Assembly (NCBI RefSeq): GCF_964204865.1
Contig: NC_135254.1
Coordinates: forward strand, 15,748,001-15,812,000
Length of the DNA: 64,000 nucleotides
Reading direction: 5' to 3'
From: Styela clava
Taxonomy: Eukaryota
Positions 59,651 to 64,000 of this stretch are shown in pieces. The translations under genes were made by a program, and so were the position numbers. A model generated the notes under the pieces. That model did no database searches. It was given only the letters and a program-made list of their open reading frames with translations, and had not been told where the DNA came from. The stretch's first letter is position 1; each line of letters starts with the position of its first letter.

Positions 59651-62600
59651 GAAATTTTCTGCAACAGCCGCAAGGGACCTCAAACAAATCTCACTGATAA
59701 ATATTTTGAAATCTTGAAGCGAATTAATATTGACAATGACAGATATTTTTTCCCAAAGGAATATTTGAAGACAAGTAAGATATTAATAGGATAGAACGGT
59801 ATGTAGTATATTTTATGTTAGGCTTATAATTGGCATTGGAAGAATTTAAGAAAAAAAATTTTTCAACCAAGCAATAGTCTATTTGTCCCCAAAATACTCG
59901 ACAGAATTTATTCAAAATAAAACCAAACAGATGAATAAATTACGTAATTTGAAGGTTTTGTTCAGGAAATAGTCTATCCATTCCCGATATATTCAGCGGA
60001 ATTTATTCAAACCACACATATAAATAAATTACGTGATTTGACAAAATCGTTCAATTACCTTGATTCTTAAAATTTTCAATAAAAAACATCAATAATAATA
60101 AAAAAAGTATTTGTCTTTTTAATGGAAGTTTCTGATTAAATCGATTGTTACAAAAAAAATTTTTTTTTTAGAGGACACAAATAGATGAAGCAAATTATTA
60201 AAATCAAGCTTGATCCATCAAATTACGGTAAATAGGCCTATTCATTTTCTAAAAAAAAAAATACTTCACTATTTTGATCCTGTAAAACTTAATTCATAAA
60301 TATGAAAACGTGATCAGGGAAAACAAGTCAATCCAACCACAGAAAAGCCAACAGGGAATTGAAAATCCGATTTTAGGACCACAAATACATAGGCTTTACA
60401 AGAGACTCAGTGAGTCACTCCTGAGAAATAAGAATAGAAATGATGATCCGGTCACATAAATGTCAAGGCCGCAAGTTTGTTTATCATTGTTCCTCTTAAA
60501 AGCTATAAACAGAATTATTATCTTTGAATGATCGGGTTAAAAACAACATTCAGTTTAGGATGTTTATAAACATATTCAAAATAATACTAAATTTGACATA
60601 TTCTGAGATTTTTTTCTGAATTTTTGAGTGTCACGATAGCCTAGCACACGGGTGGGATTACAATAACTTTTCTGAGTGGGTTAGTTACAGATAATAGATT
60701 TGGTTACTGGCTCAAAACTCAATATGGAAAACTATGAATAAAAAAGGTTTATTTACAATAGCTAGGCTAACATTTATATAATAATAATAATAAGCACAAT
60801 GTAACAATTGAGAGCCAATATGACGGTTTTATCGATATCACTAATGAATCCATAAAAACTATAGTCGTAATTTCAGCAGAGCAGCAAAGTGGGCCAGATG
60901 AAACACTTCCGTTGGCCGGATCCAGCCAGTGGGCCATAATTGGTCCACCCCTCACCTGGCACAACGTTTCTCACCTGGGGAGGAATTTAGCACAAATATT
61001 CTTTATGACTATTACTATAGTTTTGATTTATGTGCACATAAACTACTTGAACTGTACAAAAGTGAAAATGCTACATAAAACTAGCTAAATCTCCTTCAAA
61101 GATTGAACAAATTTTAACATTTTATGCATATCGAGGGGGAAGGGTTCCAAAATGGGAGAAGGGGAAATCAACGCACTGCCCGAGCAGATAAAGTGTAAGA
61201 CTTGATTGTGTTTACATTGCAGATTACACGTCTCATGGGTGTAATAAATTGGGTCAGTAATGACGGACTGAGAAGATCCGAATGAAAGTAGCTTCTCACA
61301 TATCGATGAATATCAGTGGGCCTTGTATACCTGCTTGTACAGTGCCTTGTTCAAAGCAAAAGGTATGAATAAGCATCATATAAGAAAACGAATTTAATTG
61401 TTCATTTTAGCCTAGTAGTTGTTTGCTTATAAAAAACTTTGTTTGGAATACTGATATTTAAAAATGCCCAAATAATAAGAATTATTTTAAAAGTAAGATT
61501 TACCAATGCTGCTTTCAGACATAGTCAACCAAGAATAGTCTAACCCCTATCATGAGCAAATTACAGCCCGCAAGTCAAATCCAGGTCGGTGGATAATTCA
61601 ATCTGGCCCACCTAATGCCGTCACAACCAAACTAAAATCAAATTTTGATGTTTTAGCTCAGTGAATTTGTTAGGATTCTTAGTTTCCCAGGAAATTTTCT
61701 TAATGGGAGATTTGCGTGGAATATCTCATGGAGAAAATTTTTGAAGAAAATTTTTTTAATGGCACGAGGCTTATTGCTTTTGTAACACTGTAAATACTGT
61801 TCATAAAATGTAACTTTTTATGTCACACTTACATGGTCCGCCAATCCAAGTGGGCAAAATTTTTGAACCCTGGTCTAAAAATCTTGCCCTCCTCTGACCC
61901 AACCAATTATTCCCTTGAAAATTTATCATTTACAGCACAAAATTTCAAATAAACGAACACACATAACAAACACTCTCACGAGCATAGAGAACTAAGAACT
62001 TATATTGACATTCCTGTGTTCATCAGAAACAGATTTGAGTGACTTTCTCCCATATATGTTGTAGCCTAATTTAAAATAGCAAACAATATTTTAGATTCAA
62101 AAACATTTTTTTCAAACTTCACTCTAATATTGAATGATTCTACAGGAATAATAAATGACAGGTGCTGCTGTACATGACGTGACCCGTGGTGTTCTGTGGT
62201 ACGCCTATACAAATTTAATAATGTATGAGACGGCAAAATCCCCTAACCACTAACTATAGGGCTTCCATATGCGAATTCTATTTATGATCTGCCCTTATTT
62301 TTGAGCAAATTTGACTTATTTTTAACAATGACAACTTAAACAACTTTTTAACAACTTAAATTTCGATACCCAACAACATACCTCCCTCCCCCACCTGCAA
62401 TAGGCCACCACGCCCAGAGACGTACTTGAAGAAACAAGTTCAATGTACTCAGTAGAACTCGTTTTTACGGCTTCCCTTATTTTTGGTTCCAAACTAATGG
62501 TAGACAAGTCTACACATTTAACCCTACTATGAATAATTGTTCTCAAACAATACTTCATAGTTCAAATAATTTAGATTTTTTCATCACACACCACATCAAA

Positions 62601-63164
62601 ATAAATTTAATAAAACCAAAAAATTCTATTTAATTTCCACATGTCATAAACAAAATCTTTTCCGCAAAGCAAAAGGCTTCAGCGGAAAAGAGATACAATC
62701 TTTATTAATACTCATAATACAGACGTTCAATAATGACCCTACATGAACTATGCAAGATATTGTTTTTACAATATTATCTGATATAAATCATGACGTGCAA
62801 TTTTAGCGCATACCTGAATAACACAATTTGTGATAAATAATATATCAGGTTTCTCTGACAAAACACCTTGCAAAAACGAAAGCAAGATGTACTATAATTG
62901 AACTAGCTCTTTTTATCACATATTAGTCTTGGGAATGGTTTAGACCAGGAGTTCTCAAACTTTCGGTATTATGGAGCCTATTTGGTTATTATTTTCGACG
63001 CCCCACAATAAATATATGAAATCAAAAACAAAAAACACATTGTTATACGCAGATTAATGTTTCTGAGTAAATTAAAATTAATTGGAACTCAGAAAATAAT
63101 GTCATATCTGAATAACCCGAATTGTTTCTACAATTCAAAAATGAATTCAAATTTATTGGTATCA

Positions 63165-64000
63165 TTAATTTCATTTTTCCTATTCTCACGTGAATTAGTG
63201 AGTTAGTGAATGTGGATTTGTATATTGAATTATATTTTCATCATTCTCATATGAATGAGTGACACATTCAGTGAATGATTGAGTGAATAAATGTAAAAAA
63301 GCCTATCTTTAATTTCACTTTTCTCATTTTCATGTGGATGAGTTAGTGAAACACTGAGTGGATGAGTGAGTGAATGTGAATTGGCCTACCTTTAATTTCA
63401 TTTTTCTCATTCTCGTAGGAATGAGTGAAACACTGAGTGGATGAGTGAGTGAATAAATGTAAACTAGCCTACTTTCAATTTCATTTTTCTCATTCTCATA
63501 TGGATGAGGGAAACACTGAGTGGATGAGTGAGTGAATAAAAGTAAATTACCCTACCTTTAATTTCATTTTTCTCATTCTCACATGAATGAGTGAAACACT
63601 GAGTGGATGAGTGAGTGAATAAATGTAAACTAGCCTACTTTCAATTTCATTTTTCTCATTCTCATATGGATGAGTGAAAAACTGAGTGGATTGAGTGAGT
63701 GAATGAATGTAAATTAGCCTACCTTTAATTCCATTTTCCCCATTCTCACATGAATGAGTAAAACACTGTGTGGATTAAGTGAGTGAATGAATGTAAATTA
63801 GTCTACCTTTGATTTCATTTTTCTCATTGTCACATGAATGAGTGAAACACTGAGTGGATGAGTGAGTGAATAAATGTAAATTAGCCTACCTTCAATTCCA
63901 TTTTTCTCATTCTCACATGAATGAGTGAAACACTGAGTGGATGAGTGAGTGAATAAATGTAAATCAGCCTACCTTTAATTTCATTTTTCTCATCCTCATG
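63165..64000. repeat. 83-bp minisatellite, about 10 units, running off the window
   Basis: Unit ATGAGTGAAACACTGAGTGGATGAGTGAGTGAATAAATGTAAATTAGCCTACCTTTAATTTCATTTTTCTCATTCTCACATGA, with starts at 63421, 63504 and 63587; more degenerate at the left edge. Confidence 0.95.

Noticed and set aside
62322-62558. ORF as a further NR1I exon
   Set aside because: No convincing LBD motif or clear splice pair; cannot be supported without transcripts.
63165-64000. CRISPR-like array
   Set aside because: The whole unit repeats with no unique spacers, the context is eukaryotic and no cas genes are present.

Overview
AT-rich eukaryotic (metazoan) genomic DNA with spliceosomal GT-AG introns. Gene content and patchy CpG depletion suggest an invertebrate chordate such as an ascidian; this is inference. 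Three host genes are visible. (1) A GCNF/NR6A1 nuclear receptor on the minus strand, with eight phase-consistent coding exons at 2495-6626 and its 3' end not found in the window; two further candidate N-terminal exons lie about 30 kb upstream (36149-37166). (2) A separase (ESPL1) whose 1912-codon CDS has no introns (46297-52035, +). (3) The last two ligand-binding-domain exons of a VDR/PXR-like (NR1I) receptor (58266-59179, -). Between them are a ~5.6-6 kb tandem duplication carrying a 2.1 kb hAT element, and a 5'-truncated CR1/L2-type LINE. The LINE's 3' UTR is interrupted by a young, intact 4.26 kb Ty3/Gypsy element. There are also several MITEs and SINEs and an 83-bp minisatellite. The most notable signals are a Gypsy element with no tRNA primer-binding site but a perfect 15-bp LTR/PBS fold-back (Tf1-like self-priming) plus a YLDN reverse transcriptase motif, an intronless separase with candidate ABBA-KEN and YxF motifs, and a possible dual-promoter GCNF with a 30 kb intron.
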